From an uncultured Chloroflexia bacterium (GTDB lineage: Bacteria > Chloroflexota > Limnocylindria > Limnocylindrales > CSP1-4): 64,000 nt of DNA. Made by a program: the position numbers and the translations under genes. The notes below the pieces were generated by a model. That model was not told the DNA's origin. It ran no database searches and worked only from the letters and a program-made list of their open reading frames with translations. How positions within the stretch are numbered: the first letter of the stretch is position 1; each line of letters starts with the position of its first letter. Below, piece by piece: positions 1-11,054 of the stretch. The DNA is taken from positions 2,176,001 to 2,240,000 of the forward strand of contig CAWHDR010000001.1 of assembly GCA_963828165.1 (NCBI GenBank), read 5' to 3'.

Positions 1-41
1 CACGAAAGGGCAGGCGGCGCGCGGACAGAGCCATTTCGACT

Positions 42-67
42 CGCAAACGTTCACCCACGCAGAATCC
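42..67. repeat. Probable right end of a TTCA-N8-GAA palindromic element, truncated by the window edge
   Basis: CGCAAACGTTCACCCACGCAGAATCC resembles CGCAAACGTTCAGTGCCGGTGAATCC at 26604-26629; AAGGGCAGGCG is also shared with that element. Confidence 0.5.
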
Positions 68-127
68 AATTCGGGCTGATGAGCTGATCGGCCGCGAATC
101 CCCGCGGGTGGGCTAGACTCCGCGGGC

Positions 128-709
128 ATGTCATCCGCCGACCCCGGTGCACCCACCGTGCACCCGGCCGACGTCGAGCGCTGGCTCGCTGACCTCGGCC
201 TGGAGCCGGTCGAGCGAGCCGATCGTGACGGGATCACCAGCTGGGACCTCGTGCTCGACGGCCGTCGCCGCTTCGATCTCCGCGTGACGGTGATCCTGGA
301 CCCGTCGCTCGCGCTCATCTGCTGGGCGCATTTCGCTCCCCCGATCAACGACATGTTCCGCAAGTCGTATCGGAAGCTGCTGCGCTGGAACGACGAATTC
401 CCGTTCGCGAAATTCAGCGTCGGGGAAGACGAGCGGCCGCTGCTGGCCGTGGAGCTGCCGATCGAGACCCTGGCTGCGGCGGACGGAGAGGACTCCCTTG
501 GCCTCGCCCTGACCCGGGTCGTGGGCATCGCCGACCGCCTGCTCGACGACTCGAAGTCGTGGCTGTGGATCGGCGGCCGCGCTCCCGATCAGGGCGCTCG
601 AACACCACGCAACGCGGCCCTGCTCGATCGGTTCGCGGGCCGGTTGCCGGAGATCTTCGAGGACGCGCCCGCTGCGAGCGACGCCGACCCCACGGCGGTG
701 TCGCGATGA
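128..709 (+). CDS. YbjN-like (T3SS-chaperone fold) protein
   Basis: 193 aa ORF; YRKLLRWNDEFPFAKF...LAVELP resembles the YbjN family; TAGACT box just upstream; ATGA overlap with the next gene. Confidence 0.65.
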   Translation: MSSADPGAPTVHPADVERWLADLGLEPVERADRDGITSWDLVLDGRRRFDLRVTVILDPSLALICWAHFAPPINDMFRKSYRKLLRWNDEFPFAKFSVGEDERPLLAVELPIETLAAADGEDSLGLALTRVVGIADRLLDDSKSWLWIGGRAPDQGARTPRNAALLDRFAGRLPEIFEDAPAASDADPTAVSR

Positions 710-2734
710 CCGCCCGGCGGCTCCCGATCCTCCTGCTGGCGTTCGTGGCCGCCGTCGGCCTGCTCGGTGCGCCGGTCGGGCCGACCGCCCCGACGGAGGT
801 CCACGCCGCCGTCCAGCCGCTCCGGTTCACGAGCAACGCCCGCTACGACGTCCAGCCCAAGCAGCGCCGCGTCCGGGTGATCGTCGACCTGCGGATGACG
901 AACCCGAGCAAGGACACGCCGACCACCGCCTACTACTACGACAACGCCTTCGTCCAGGTCATGGCCGGGGCGAGCAGCTTCAAGGTCGACGGCCCGGGCT
1001 CCCCATCGGTTCGCGTCGTCAAGCGCAGCAAGCAGGACACCCAGCTGCGGATCGACTTCGGCGCGCCGGCTGACCAGCGGGAAGTCGGCCACATATCGCC
1101 TCACGTTCTATCTCAAGGACCCGGGTGGATCGGCGACCCGGGACCTGCGGATCGGCGACTCGCTCGTGTCCTTTCCGGTGTGGGCATTCGCCACGCGGGC
1201 GACGCCCGGCAGCACCGTCACGGTCGTGTTTCCGAGAGGCTTCGACGTCGAGGTCGAGGCCGGGAAGATCGCGGCCCCGACGACCGAGGAGGACGGCCGG
1301 ACGATCTTCCGTACCGGCAAGCTCGCCAAGCCCCTCGAGTTCTTCGCCTACCTCGTCGCCGATCGACCCGGCGCCTACCGTGACGACACCGTCGCCACCG
1401 ACGTGCTGGGGGCGCCTGTACAGATCAACGTCCGGGCGTGGCAGGACGACGAGCCCTGGGCCAAGCGGATCAGCGGCCTGCTCGACGTGGGGTTGCCCGC
1501 GCTCGGCACCCGGATCGGCCTCGATTGGCCCGAGTATGCCCAGCCGCTCACGGTCCAGGAAGCGGTGAGCCGCACGACCGGTGGCTACGCGGGACTGTTC
1601 GACCCGAGTGCCGGCAAGGTGGAGATCGCGTACTACGCCGACGATTTCGTCGTGCTCCACGAGGCGGCCCACGCCTGGTTCAACGGCTCGCTCCTCGCTG
1701 ACCGCTGGGCGAACGAGGCGTTCGCGTCCTACTACGCGACGATCGCTGCCGCCGACATCGACAAGAAGATCCGCGCTGACGAACTCACCGACGAGCTCGA
1801 GAAGTCAAGGATCCCGTTGAACGCCTGGGGACCGGTCGGCTCGGAGGACATCGCCGAGGAGGACTACGCGTATGCCGCCGCGCTGGCCCTCGCCAGGGCC
1901 GTCGCGAAACGAGCCGGCGACGAGGGCCTGCAAGCCGTGTGGCGCGATGCGCAGAGCGGCGTCGGCGCGTATCAGCCGGCCGGTGGTGGCGCCGCGGAGA
2001 CGATCGAGACACCGCCGGATTGGCGTGGCCTGCTCGATCTGCTCGAGGAGCGGACGGACGCCACGTACGACGACTTGTGGCGGACGTGGGTCGCGCGCGC
2101 CACCGATCTGCCGCTGCTCGACGCGCGGGCCCAGACGCGCCAGCGCTACGACATGATGGTCGTGGCGGCCGGAGACTGGAACCTGCCCCGCCCGATCCGC
2201 GACGCTTTGCGGTCGTGGCGCTTCAGCGACGCGGCCGCGCTCCTGTCCGACGCCGAGGCCGCCCTGGCGGGGCGCGCGACGGTGACGAAGGCCGCGGCCG
2301 GCGCAGGCCTCATCGCGCCGGCCAGCCTCCGGCTCGCGTTCGAGGACGACGACGGCTTCGACGACTCGACGGCCGAGGCGGCTGCCGAGATCGACGTCAT
2401 CGGGCGGTACGAGGCGGCGAGCGCGCTGCGACCGGCCGAGATGACCCCGTTCCTGACCCTCGGCCTGTGGGGTCTGGCACCGGAGCAGGAGCTGGCTGAG
2501 GCCCGCGACGCCTTCGCGATGGGGGATCTGGCGGTATCGGCGGCCGCTTCCGATTGGGTCGCCACGACATGGGCCAACGCGGAATCGGTGGGGCAGAGCC
2601 GGGCGCTCAGCATCGGACTGATCGTGCTCGCTCTGATCTTCGCCCTCGCGGTGGTCATCGAAACGGCCCGCAGGCGTCGACGCCGACGACGCCGGCGACT
2701 GATCATGCAGGCCCGGCCTCACCTCGACCCCTGA
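706..2734 (+). CDS. Secreted, C-terminally anchored gluzincin (M1/MA-like) metallopeptidase; apparent frameshift at about 1062-1067
   Basis: Signal peptide MTARRLPILLLAFVAAVGLLG; reading continues in the next frame as RLTSGKSATYRLTFYLKDPGG into ORF 1166..2734, which has HEAAHAWF...WANEAFASY and a C-terminal TM helix plus poly-Arg. Confidence 0.8.
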
Positions 2735-2846
2735 CCATTCCCTCGTCGGCGCATCGTCTACACTCCCGCCACGTCGGCCAGGGCGGTGCGTCGTCCCGGG
2801 GCGTCGGCAAGGTCCACCTACCTGTACCAGGAGCCGCGTCCGACTG

Positions 2847-3875
2847 ATGGGGATCCAGCGCGCTCGTCCCTCGCACGAGATCCTGTCCGGCGACTCGGCC
2901 GACGTCTATTTCGCGCGAGCGGACAGCATCCTTGCCGCCGAGGGCCTCGACCCGCTCGTGACGATGGAGGTCTTCACCCGCCACGAGGCCGTCCTGTGCG
3001 GCATCGACGAGGCCAAGAACCTGCTGGGACACGTGCTGGCCGCCGCGGACCCGAGCGAGACCCACCTCGAGTCGCTCGACGATGGCGACCGCATCGCGCC
3101 CCGCGAGATCGTCCTGCGCATCCGCGGGCGATACCGCCAGTTCGGGCTCTACGAGACCGCCTTCCTGGGCATGCTCGCCCATTCGACCGGCTGGGCGACC
3201 GCCGCGCGCGAATGCGTGGACGCCGCGGCTCCCCATCCGGTCATCAGCTTCGGGGCGCGCCACATCCACCCGGACATCACCGACGTCCTCGACTACGCCG
3301 CCATCATCGGTGGCTGCGTGGGCGCGTCGACGCCCGCCGGCGCGCGACTGGCCGGGCTCGCGCCGACGGGGACGATGCCGCACTCGCTCGTCCTGATCTT
3401 CGGCGACACCGTCGAAGCCGCGCTGGCATTCGACCGCCACCTCGGGTCGGACGTGGCGCGGATCGTGCTCGTCGACACCTTCAAGGACGAGGCCGAGGAG
3501 GCGTTGCGCGTCGCGCACGCGCTCGGTGACAAGCTGTACGGCATCCGGCTGGACACGCCGTCCGAGCGAGGCCGCGTCACCGCCGACCTCGTGCACGAGG
3601 TGCGGGCCCGGCTCGACCAGGAGGGCTACCAGCACGTCCGGATCGTGGTCTCGGGCGGACTCAACCCCGATCGAATCGGGTACTTCAAGGAGGCCGCCGC
3701 CCCGGTCGATTCGTACGCCGTGGGCTCGTACATCAGCGGGGCGAGCCCGATCGACTTCACGGGCGACATCAAGGAGATCGACGGACGCCCGATCGCCAAG
3801 CGCGGCCGGATCCCGGGCATCACGGACTCCCCACGGTTGAAGGCCGTGGACCTCTCGGCGTATCGGGAGCGCTGA
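2847..3875 (+). CDS. pncB: Nicotinate phosphoribosyltransferase (short, QPRTase-like type)
   Basis: ADVYF, SFGARH, GTMPHSL, LVDTF, IRLDTPS, VSGG, PIAKRGR motifs. Confidence 0.85.
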   Translation: MGIQRARPSHEILSGDSADVYFARADSILAAEGLDPLVTMEVFTRHEAVLCGIDEAKNLLGHVLAAADPSETHLESLDDGDRIAPREIVLRIRGRYRQFGLYETAFLGMLAHSTGWATAARECVDAAAPHPVISFGARHIHPDITDVLDYAAIIGGCVGASTPAGARLAGLAPTGTMPHSLVLIFGDTVEAALAFDRHLGSDVARIVLVDTFKDEAEEALRVAHALGDKLYGIRLDTPSERGRVTADLVHEVRARLDQEGYQHVRIVVSGGLNPDRIGYFKEAAAPVDSYAVGSYISGASPIDFTGDIKEIDGRPIAKRGRIPGITDSPRLKAVDLSAYRER

Positions 3876-3910
3876 CGGCGGCCCGTCCGGTTCCGTGCCA
3901 CCATTTCCTC

Positions 3911-4399
3911 ATGGACGACGAACACGGGTCGAGCGGCGAGCCCGGCACCGACGACCCGGCTCCCGAGAGCGCCTACGAGCTGCTCCAGCGCGGCCAGACG
4001 CTGCTGGACGGACGCCATCACGCCCAGGCGGCGATCGTCCTCGAGCGAGCCGACCGCGCGGAGCCCGGCAAGGCGTCGATCCTCGAGGCGCTCGGTCGGG
4101 CGTACTTCAACTCGGGCCAGCACGAGGCGGCACGAGTCACGTTCGAGCGGCTGCTGGAGGTCGATCCATCCGAGCACTACGCCCACTTCGCCCTGGGGCA
4201 GAGCCTCAAGCGCCTGGGGCGGCGTGACGAGGCGGGCACCCATCTCCGGCTGGCGGTGGCCCTGAGCCCGGGCTCGCGGCTATACCGGGACGCTCTCGCG
4301 CGCCTGCCGTCGGGGCCGAGCCGGCCACCGGGGATCCCGACTCGTGACCCGGACGGCCCCCCGAGGGGTGACGGGCCGGAGCCGAACGCCCCGGCCTGA
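3911..4399 (+). CDS. Tetratricopeptide repeat protein
   Basis: TPR consensus (EALGRAYFNSGQHEAA...YAHFALGQSLKRLGRRDEA), Pro-rich tail. Confidence 0.85.
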   Translation: MDDEHGSSGEPGTDDPAPESAYELLQRGQTLLDGRHHAQAAIVLERADRAEPGKASILEALGRAYFNSGQHEAARVTFERLLEVDPSEHYAHFALGQSLKRLGRRDEAGTHLRLAVALSPGSRLYRDALARLPSGPSRPPGIPTRDPDGPPRGDGPEPNAPA

Positions 4400-4440
4400 C
4401 CCGACGCCCCGGCCTGACCCGCCGGTACCGGCCTGACCCG
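4386..4440 (+). repeat. Short tandem duplication spanning the TPR stop codon
   Basis: ACGCCCCGGCCTGACCCG twice (4386-4421) plus core CCGGCCTGACCCG (4428-4440). Confidence 0.85.
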
Positions 4441-4447
4441 TGGGGCG

Positions 4448-5610
4448 CTAGGTCCGACCGCCGCTGGGCAAGAGGCCGTTGCGATCCAGCTTGCGATAGA
4501 CGACGGCGAGCTCCGAGTCGGAGAACGCCCGCTTGGGCACGACCATGCTGACGCCCGCGGCGTTGTCGAACAGGAAGCACTCAGCGACATCGTGGACCTT
4601 TCGGAACGTCGACCAGGTCCTCCGTCCTTGGGTGACGTCGCTCCCGATCCGGATCCCATCGTCGTCCACGGTCAGGGTCGTATCGGCCCCGACAAGGTCT
4701 GGCCGCTTGCGAAACATCCACCACGCGAACGGCGCGATGAACCAGCCAGTCGCGATCGCGAGACCCAGGGCCAGGAAGATCAGGCTGACGAGATCGCCAT
4801 TCATGACCGGCACGATCGCCAGCACCACCATCAGCAGCCCGAAGAGGCGGACGATGTTGGACCGACGTGACAGCCCGACCGTGGCGCGAAGCACCTCGCC
4901 CATCGTCATCCGGTAGGTGACCGTCACCGATTCCCCGCCAGTCGTCGAGCCGTCGGTCGCGGCGACCGCAGCCGACGCATCGATGCCCGTCGTGTCCTGA
5001 GGACGTCGCAGCCGCTCCAGCCAGAACAGCCCGACGATCGACTTCGCGTCGCGGATCTCGCCACGCTCCGCCGCCGCGACCGCGTCCTGCCACGGGCGCC
5101 ATTCCAGGATCAGCCGCTCATCCTCGTCCGGACCCAGCCGACCGTCCTCTGCGGCCGGCTCCAGGTCCGTCGCGAGGTACAGGTGCATCAGCTCATCGGT
5201 GAAGCCCGGCGCGGTGTAGAACACGCCGAGCTTCCGCCACGTCCGGGCACGAAGGCCCGTTTCCTCTTCGAGCTCTCGCCGGGCCGCGATGTCGGGGTCC
5301 TCCTTGGTGGCGTCGTCGGCGACATCGAGCCCACCGGCGGGGATCTCCAGGAGTGCCGCATCCGCCGGCAACCGCCACTGGCGAACGAGCGCCACGCGAT
5401 CCTCGGCGTCGAGCGCGACGATCGCCACCGCTCCCGGGTGGCCCGCGATGTCCCGGACGGCGCGCGAGCCGTCGGCACGCTCGACGGTAACGATCCGGAA
5501 CTCGAGGAACGCCCCGCGATGGAGGACGCGGGTATCGACGACCCGTTCGACGAGATCGGCCCCGGAGGGGTCCTCCGGGGCCGTGGTTTCGCGTTCGGGC
5601 GGCTCGGGGG

Positions 5611-5614
<4 letters not shown>
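4448..5614 (-). CDS. NUDIX hydrolase (ADP-ribose pyrophosphatase type) fused to a YcxB-like membrane domain; probable CTG start
   Basis: Nudix box AARRELEEETGL, HPGAVAIV, QWR, EIPAG, APGFTDE, IRDAKS; then 2 TM helices and W...VVPKRAF; frame is open upstream to the CTG at 5614 that overlaps the previous TGA. Confidence 0.8.
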
Positions 5615-6741
<1,127 letters not shown>

Positions 6742-6880
6742 GGCGCGCAGTCCTCCGTCCCGTCAGCTCATCGCGGGCCCTTGCATCCTGCCGCCGAAGC
6801 GAACGTGGACGGGCCCCGTACGTGGCAGCGCGGGGTCGCCGCATCGTACGGTCCGCGTTCCCCGGGCGCAAGCCTCGGAC

Positions 6881-7288
6881 TCAGCCGGTCGGCAGGTGCC
6901 GTGCGATCTCCGCGAGCAGTGCGTCGACCCGCACCGGCTTGTCGATGAACCCCGCGCAGCCGGCCTCCTCGGCCGCGATCCGGTCGACCGGGAGGACGCT
7001 CGCGCTGACGAGCAGGATCGGGATCGTGGCGGTCGTTTCGGACGCCCGCAGCTCGCGGGCGAGCGAGAGGCCGTCGCCGTCGGGCAGGTGGCGGTCGAGC
7101 AGCACCAGGGCCGGCGTCCTCGCGCCGACCGCCGCGCGTGCCTCCGCGAGCGATGCCGCGATCGTCAGGTCGTAGCCGGCCGGACCAAGGATCGCGCGCA
7201 GCAACGCGGCGTTGCGGGCCTCGTCCTCGACGGCCAGGATCGGCGTCCCGGGGCGGCCCGTCGCGCGACCCGTCATCAAATCCGTCAC
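6881..7288 (-). CDS. Single-domain response regulator
   Basis: VEDE, LLDRHLPDGDG, VSAS, FIDKP; GTGA overlap with the kinase stop. Confidence 0.9.
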   Translation of the reverse strand: MTDLMTGRATGRPGTPILAVEDEARNAALLRAILGPAGYDLTIAASLAEARAAVGARTPALVLLDRHLPDGDGLSLARELRASETTATIPILLVSASVLPVDRIAAEEAGCAGFIDKPVRVDALLAEIARHLPTG

Positions 7289-9891
7289 GACGACGCCCGT
7301 GGGCCCGTCGCGATCCGATCGAGCCAGCCCTTCAACGCATCGAGCCCGCTGCCGCCCCGCACGACCACGCCCTGGACCTTGCCGTTGATCCGGGCGCGCT
7401 CGCGGTCGTCGAGGTCGCCGCGGGTCGTCACCCAGATCGGGATGTCGGAGGTTGCGGGATCGGCCTTGAGCCGGGCGACCAGGTCAGGCCCGTCCGTGTC
7501 CGGAAGGATGAGGTCGAGCAGGATGAGATCGGGCCGCTCGTCGCGGGCCCGCTGCATGCCCGTCTCGCCGGAGTCGGCGACCACGACACGGAACCCATCC
7601 GGCTCCAGCTGCGCCCGATAGCTCGCGCCGGCGGCGGGATCGGCATCGATGACGAGGGCGGTCACGACCCGAGTCTGCACCTTCGTCGTGAACGTCAACA
7701 ACCCGAGAGACCCGAGCAGCGCTTCGCGCGAGACCGGCTTGACGAAGTAGTCCACGGCACCGAGCGCGAACCCAAGCGGCGCGTCGTCGACGACGGAGAC
7801 GACGATGACCGGGATGTCGCGGGTCTCCTCGGCGCCCTTGAGTCGCTGGAGGACCTCCCAGCCGTCGAAGTCGGGCAGCAGGATGTCGAGGATGATGGCG
7901 GCGGGTCGCAGCGAGGTCGCCCACTCGACCCCCGTGCGTCCATCCGCGGCGATCGCGAACGCGAAACCGGCCTCCTCGAGATAGACGCGCAGGAGCTCGG
8001 CCGCAGACGGGTCGTCCTCGATGGCGAGGACCAGTCGCTGTCCCGCGAGCACGGGTTCCGCCGAGACGGCAGTCGCCACCACTGGCTCGCGCGACGCCCG
8101 GCCGAGCGGCAGGACCACCGTGAACCGGCTGCCGCGACCCACCTCGGATTCGAGGTCGATGCTGCCGCCGTGGGCCTCCACCAGCTGTCGCGCGAGCGTC
8201 AGGCCCAGCCCCGTGCCCTCGAGCCCGGCCGCCGCCGCGGCCTGCTTGAAGGCCTCGAAGATCGACGCCTGATCGTCCATCGCGATGCCCACCCCGGTGT
8301 CGACGACCTCCAGCCGCGCGGTGCGACCATCGCCCGACAGCAGCACCCGCACCGATCCACCCTCCGGGGTGAACTTGATGGCGTTCGATAACAGGTTGAA
8401 GACCACCTGCCGGATGCGGCCCCGATCTGCCTCTACGTCCTGACGTCCGTCAGCCTCCGCGCCGAGCCGGATGCCTTTTCGATCGGCGAGCGGTTGCATC
8501 TGGTCGATGGTCTGGCGGACCAGCTCTTCCAGGTCGAACACCGTCGGCCGAAGGTCCAGCTTGCCGGCCTCGACCTTCGCGAGGTCGAGCACCTCGTTGA
8601 TGAGCTCGAGCAGGTGAAGACCGGACCCGTGGATGTGGCCGGCGAACTCCTCGACCGTCGCCGCTTCGTGCCCGTCGGGCGAGATCGGCCGCTCCAGGAG
8701 CTCCGAGAAACCGATGATCGAGTTCAGCGGCGTCCGCAGCTCGTGGCTCATGGCGGCCAGGAAATCGCTCTTGGCGGCACTCGCCGACCGTAGCTCGACG
8801 ATGAGCCGCTCGCGATCCGCGAGGACCTCCTCGCGCTCGGCCGCCAGGATCGCCCGGCGCGAGATGAGCTGCAGGACCGCAAGGTCGTCGGCGACGAACA
8901 GCGGGCTGCCCTCGACGTACAGGTCGAGGTCGCCGATGGACCGCCCATCCAGCGACAGGGGCACGCCGATGTGGCGCCAACGACGAGGCAGGTCCTCGGG
9001 CGAGAGCTGGGTGGGGTCGCTCGGGGCGCCCGCGGCGTCCTTGGGCCAGGCCCCGACGGTGATCCGCCTCGCTCGACCGTGGTCGTCGCGGACCGCGACC
9101 GCGGCCGCGCGTGCGCCGATCGAGTCGGCCGAGATCTGGGCGAGGAGCCGCCAGATGTCGTCCGCTGCGCCACTGGTCGGGAGCGCATTCACGCGACGGA
9201 CGAACTCGTAGGCGGTCGATTGCTGGCCAAGCCGATACAGGACCGCCGGCGGCTGGAAGGCGATCAGGTATCCGAAGGCCGCCGTCAGGGCCAGCACGCT
9301 GACCAGGGTGCCCGTCGAGTTGGTCCCCTCCGTGCCCGAGCCGAGCCCGCCCACGATGATCGTCAGCGCGGCGATCCCCAGGAGGGCTGTCGACACCCCC
9401 GCGATCATCAGTCGCGCTCGGGACGCCCCGGCCCGGCGGACGGATTCGTGGAGGAACCCGGCGGCGGCGACCAGCTCCAGGACGACGAAGAACGACAGGG
9501 ACGCCAACAGCACCGCCAGGATCGTCCCGGTGCCCGTCTCGGCGGCGCCCCGCCAGGCGACGACGATCGCGCCCAGTCCGAGCAGGATCGCGAACGCCGT
9601 GCTCGCGCGGATCAGCCAGTCGGGGATGGCCTCGAAGTGGCGCACGAGGTTGAGGGTGAGGACGGGGAGCGCCAGGAATGCCGCGAAGGCGCTGGCCGCC
9701 GTGATCGTCCGGAGCTCGGGCAGCAGCCTGCCGAGACCGGTGACCGCGAAGAGCACGAACACCGCGAAGAAGACCGTGACGACGGCGCGACTCACCGGTT
9801 CGCGACGGCGGCGGTATTCGTTCACGGCGATGACGAGGACGCTCAGGTATGCGACGCCGAGCGCGAGGGTCAGGACGTCTGCGAGGGTCAT
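7285..9891 (-). CDS. Membrane hybrid histidine kinase (multi-TM sensor, HisKA, HATPase, two receivers)
   Basis: About 7 TM segments; SHELRTPLN, NLLSNAIKFT, DTGVG, GTGLGL; REC motifs ILDILLPDFDG and LLDLILPDTDG. Confidence 0.93.
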   Translation of the reverse strand: MTLADVLTLALGVAYLSVLVIAVNEYRRRREPVSRAVVTVFFAVFVLFAVTGLGRLLPELRTITAASAFAAFLALPVLTLNLVRHFEAIPDWLIRASTAFAILLGLGAIVVAWRGAAETGTGTILAVLLASLSFFVVLELVAAAGFLHESVRRAGASRARLMIAGVSTALLGIAALTIIVGGLGSGTEGTNSTGTLVSVLALTAAFGYLIAFQPPAVLYRLGQQSTAYEFVRRVNALPTSGAADDIWRLLAQISADSIGARAAAVAVRDDHGRARRITVGAWPKDAAGAPSDPTQLSPEDLPRRWRHIGVPLSLDGRSIGDLDLYVEGSPLFVADDLAVLQLISRRAILAAEREEVLADRERLIVELRSASAAKSDFLAAMSHELRTPLNSIIGFSELLERPISPDGHEAATVEEFAGHIHGSGLHLLELINEVLDLAKVEAGKLDLRPTVFDLEELVRQTIDQMQPLADRKGIRLGAEADGRQDVEADRGRIRQVVFNLLSNAIKFTPEGGSVRVLLSGDGRTARLEVVDTGVGIAMDDQASIFEAFKQAAAAAGLEGTGLGLTLARQLVEAHGGSIDLESEVGRGSRFTVVLPLGRASREPVVATAVSAEPVLAGQRLVLAIEDDPSAAELLRVYLEEAGFAFAIAADGRTGVEWATSLRPAAIILDILLPDFDGWEVLQRLKGAEETRDIPVIVVSVVDDAPLGFALGAVDYFVKPVSREALLGSLGLLTFTTKVQTRVVTALVIDADPAAGASYRAQLEPDGFRVVVADSGETGMQRARDERPDLILLDLILPDTDGPDLVARLKADPATSDIPIWVTTRGDLDDRERARINGKVQGVVVRGGSGLDALKGWLDRIATGPRASS

Positions 9892-10940
9892 CGGCGGCTG
9901 GAGGCTCGCAGCGCGGCGAGGGAGTCGATCCGCAACCGGTCGTCGGTCCCGTCGAGGTCGTTTCGCTCAACGATCGCCGCGAACCGTTCGACGAGGTCGG
10001 GATCGAAGTGGTGGCCGGATTGAGCGACGATCTCCCCGATCGCGTTCTCCGCTGAACCCGCGTCGCGGTACGGCCGGTCGTGGACGATCGCGTCGAAGGC
10101 ATCGACGAGGCCGACGATGCGGGCGCCGATCGGGATCTCCTCGCCCTTCAGGCGGTCCGGGTAGCCGCCGCCGTCCCAGCGCTCGTGGTGGTGCCGCACG
10201 ATCGGGGCGAATTCGCGCGAGCTCGCGAGGGGACGGCAGATCTGCTCGCCGATGATCGGGTGGCGTCGCATCTCGATCCATTCGTCCTCGGTCAGGGCGC
10301 CGGGCTTCTTGAGGATACCGTCGGAAACGCCGATCTTGCCGATGTCGTGGAGAAGGGCCCCGAACACCACGCCCTTGATGCTCACAGGATCGAGCTCGGC
10401 GGCGGTCGCGAGGAGATGGGCGAGGCCTGCCAGGCGCTGGCAATGATGCTCGGTCATCGTGTCCTTGGCTTCGACCGCATTGGCCAGGGCGGCCACGACG
10501 CCCTGGGCGCTCTCCATCTCGGCCATGACGAGGGCCAGGCGCCGGGCACTGCGGAGTCGCGCGAGCAGCTCCGCCTCGTGGAAGGGCTTGGCGAGAAAGT
10601 CGTCCGCGCCCGCATCGAGCCCAGCCACGACATCGTCGACCGACGTGCGCCCCGTCAGCAGGACCACGGGCAACGTCACCGTGCGCGGGTCCGCTCGCAG
10701 GCGGCGGCAGATCTCCAGGCCATCCATCCCGGGCAGGCCGACGTCCAGCAGCACGACATCCGGCGCCGTCTCGAGCGCGGCCTCCAGGCCGGACGGTCCG
10801 TCGTTCGCGGTGACCGCGCGGTAGCCCGCACGCTGGAGCAGCGCGGTCAGAAGGGCACGGTTCGCCGGGTCGTCCTCGATCACGAGGACGGTCGGCGCCG
10901 TGGGTTCGATGAGGGTTGCCGACGTGGCGGCGTGCAACAT
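9888..10940 (-). CDS. Response regulator with HD-GYP c-di-GMP phosphodiesterase domain (RpfG-like)
   Basis: REC (LLDVGLPGMDG, KPF) plus LHDIGK, HHERWDGGGYP, RPYR; start placed at ATG 10940 (uncertain). Confidence 0.9.
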   Translation of the reverse strand: MLHAATSATLIEPTAPTVLVIEDDPANRALLTALLQRAGYRAVTANDGPSGLEAALETAPDVVLLDVGLPGMDGLEICRRLRADPRTVTLPVVLLTGRTSVDDVVAGLDAGADDFLAKPFHEAELLARLRSARRLALVMAEMESAQGVVAALANAVEAKDTMTEHHCQRLAGLAHLLATAAELDPVSIKGVVFGALLHDIGKIGVSDGILKKPGALTEDEWIEMRRHPIIGEQICRPLASSREFAPIVRHHHERWDGGGYPDRLKGEEIPIGARIVGLVDAFDAIVHDRPYRDAGSAENAIGEIVAQSGHHFDPDLVERFAAIVERNDLDGTDDRLRIDSLAALRASSRR

Positions 10941-11054
10941 CGCGTCGAGTGTGACCCTTCCATGGTCCTCTGGGCAATGCACCATGGGTCCCGATTCGGC
11001 TTGCGAGTGCCGCACGAATCGGTTCTCGTGCATCACACCGGCGTGTCGGGGGCG

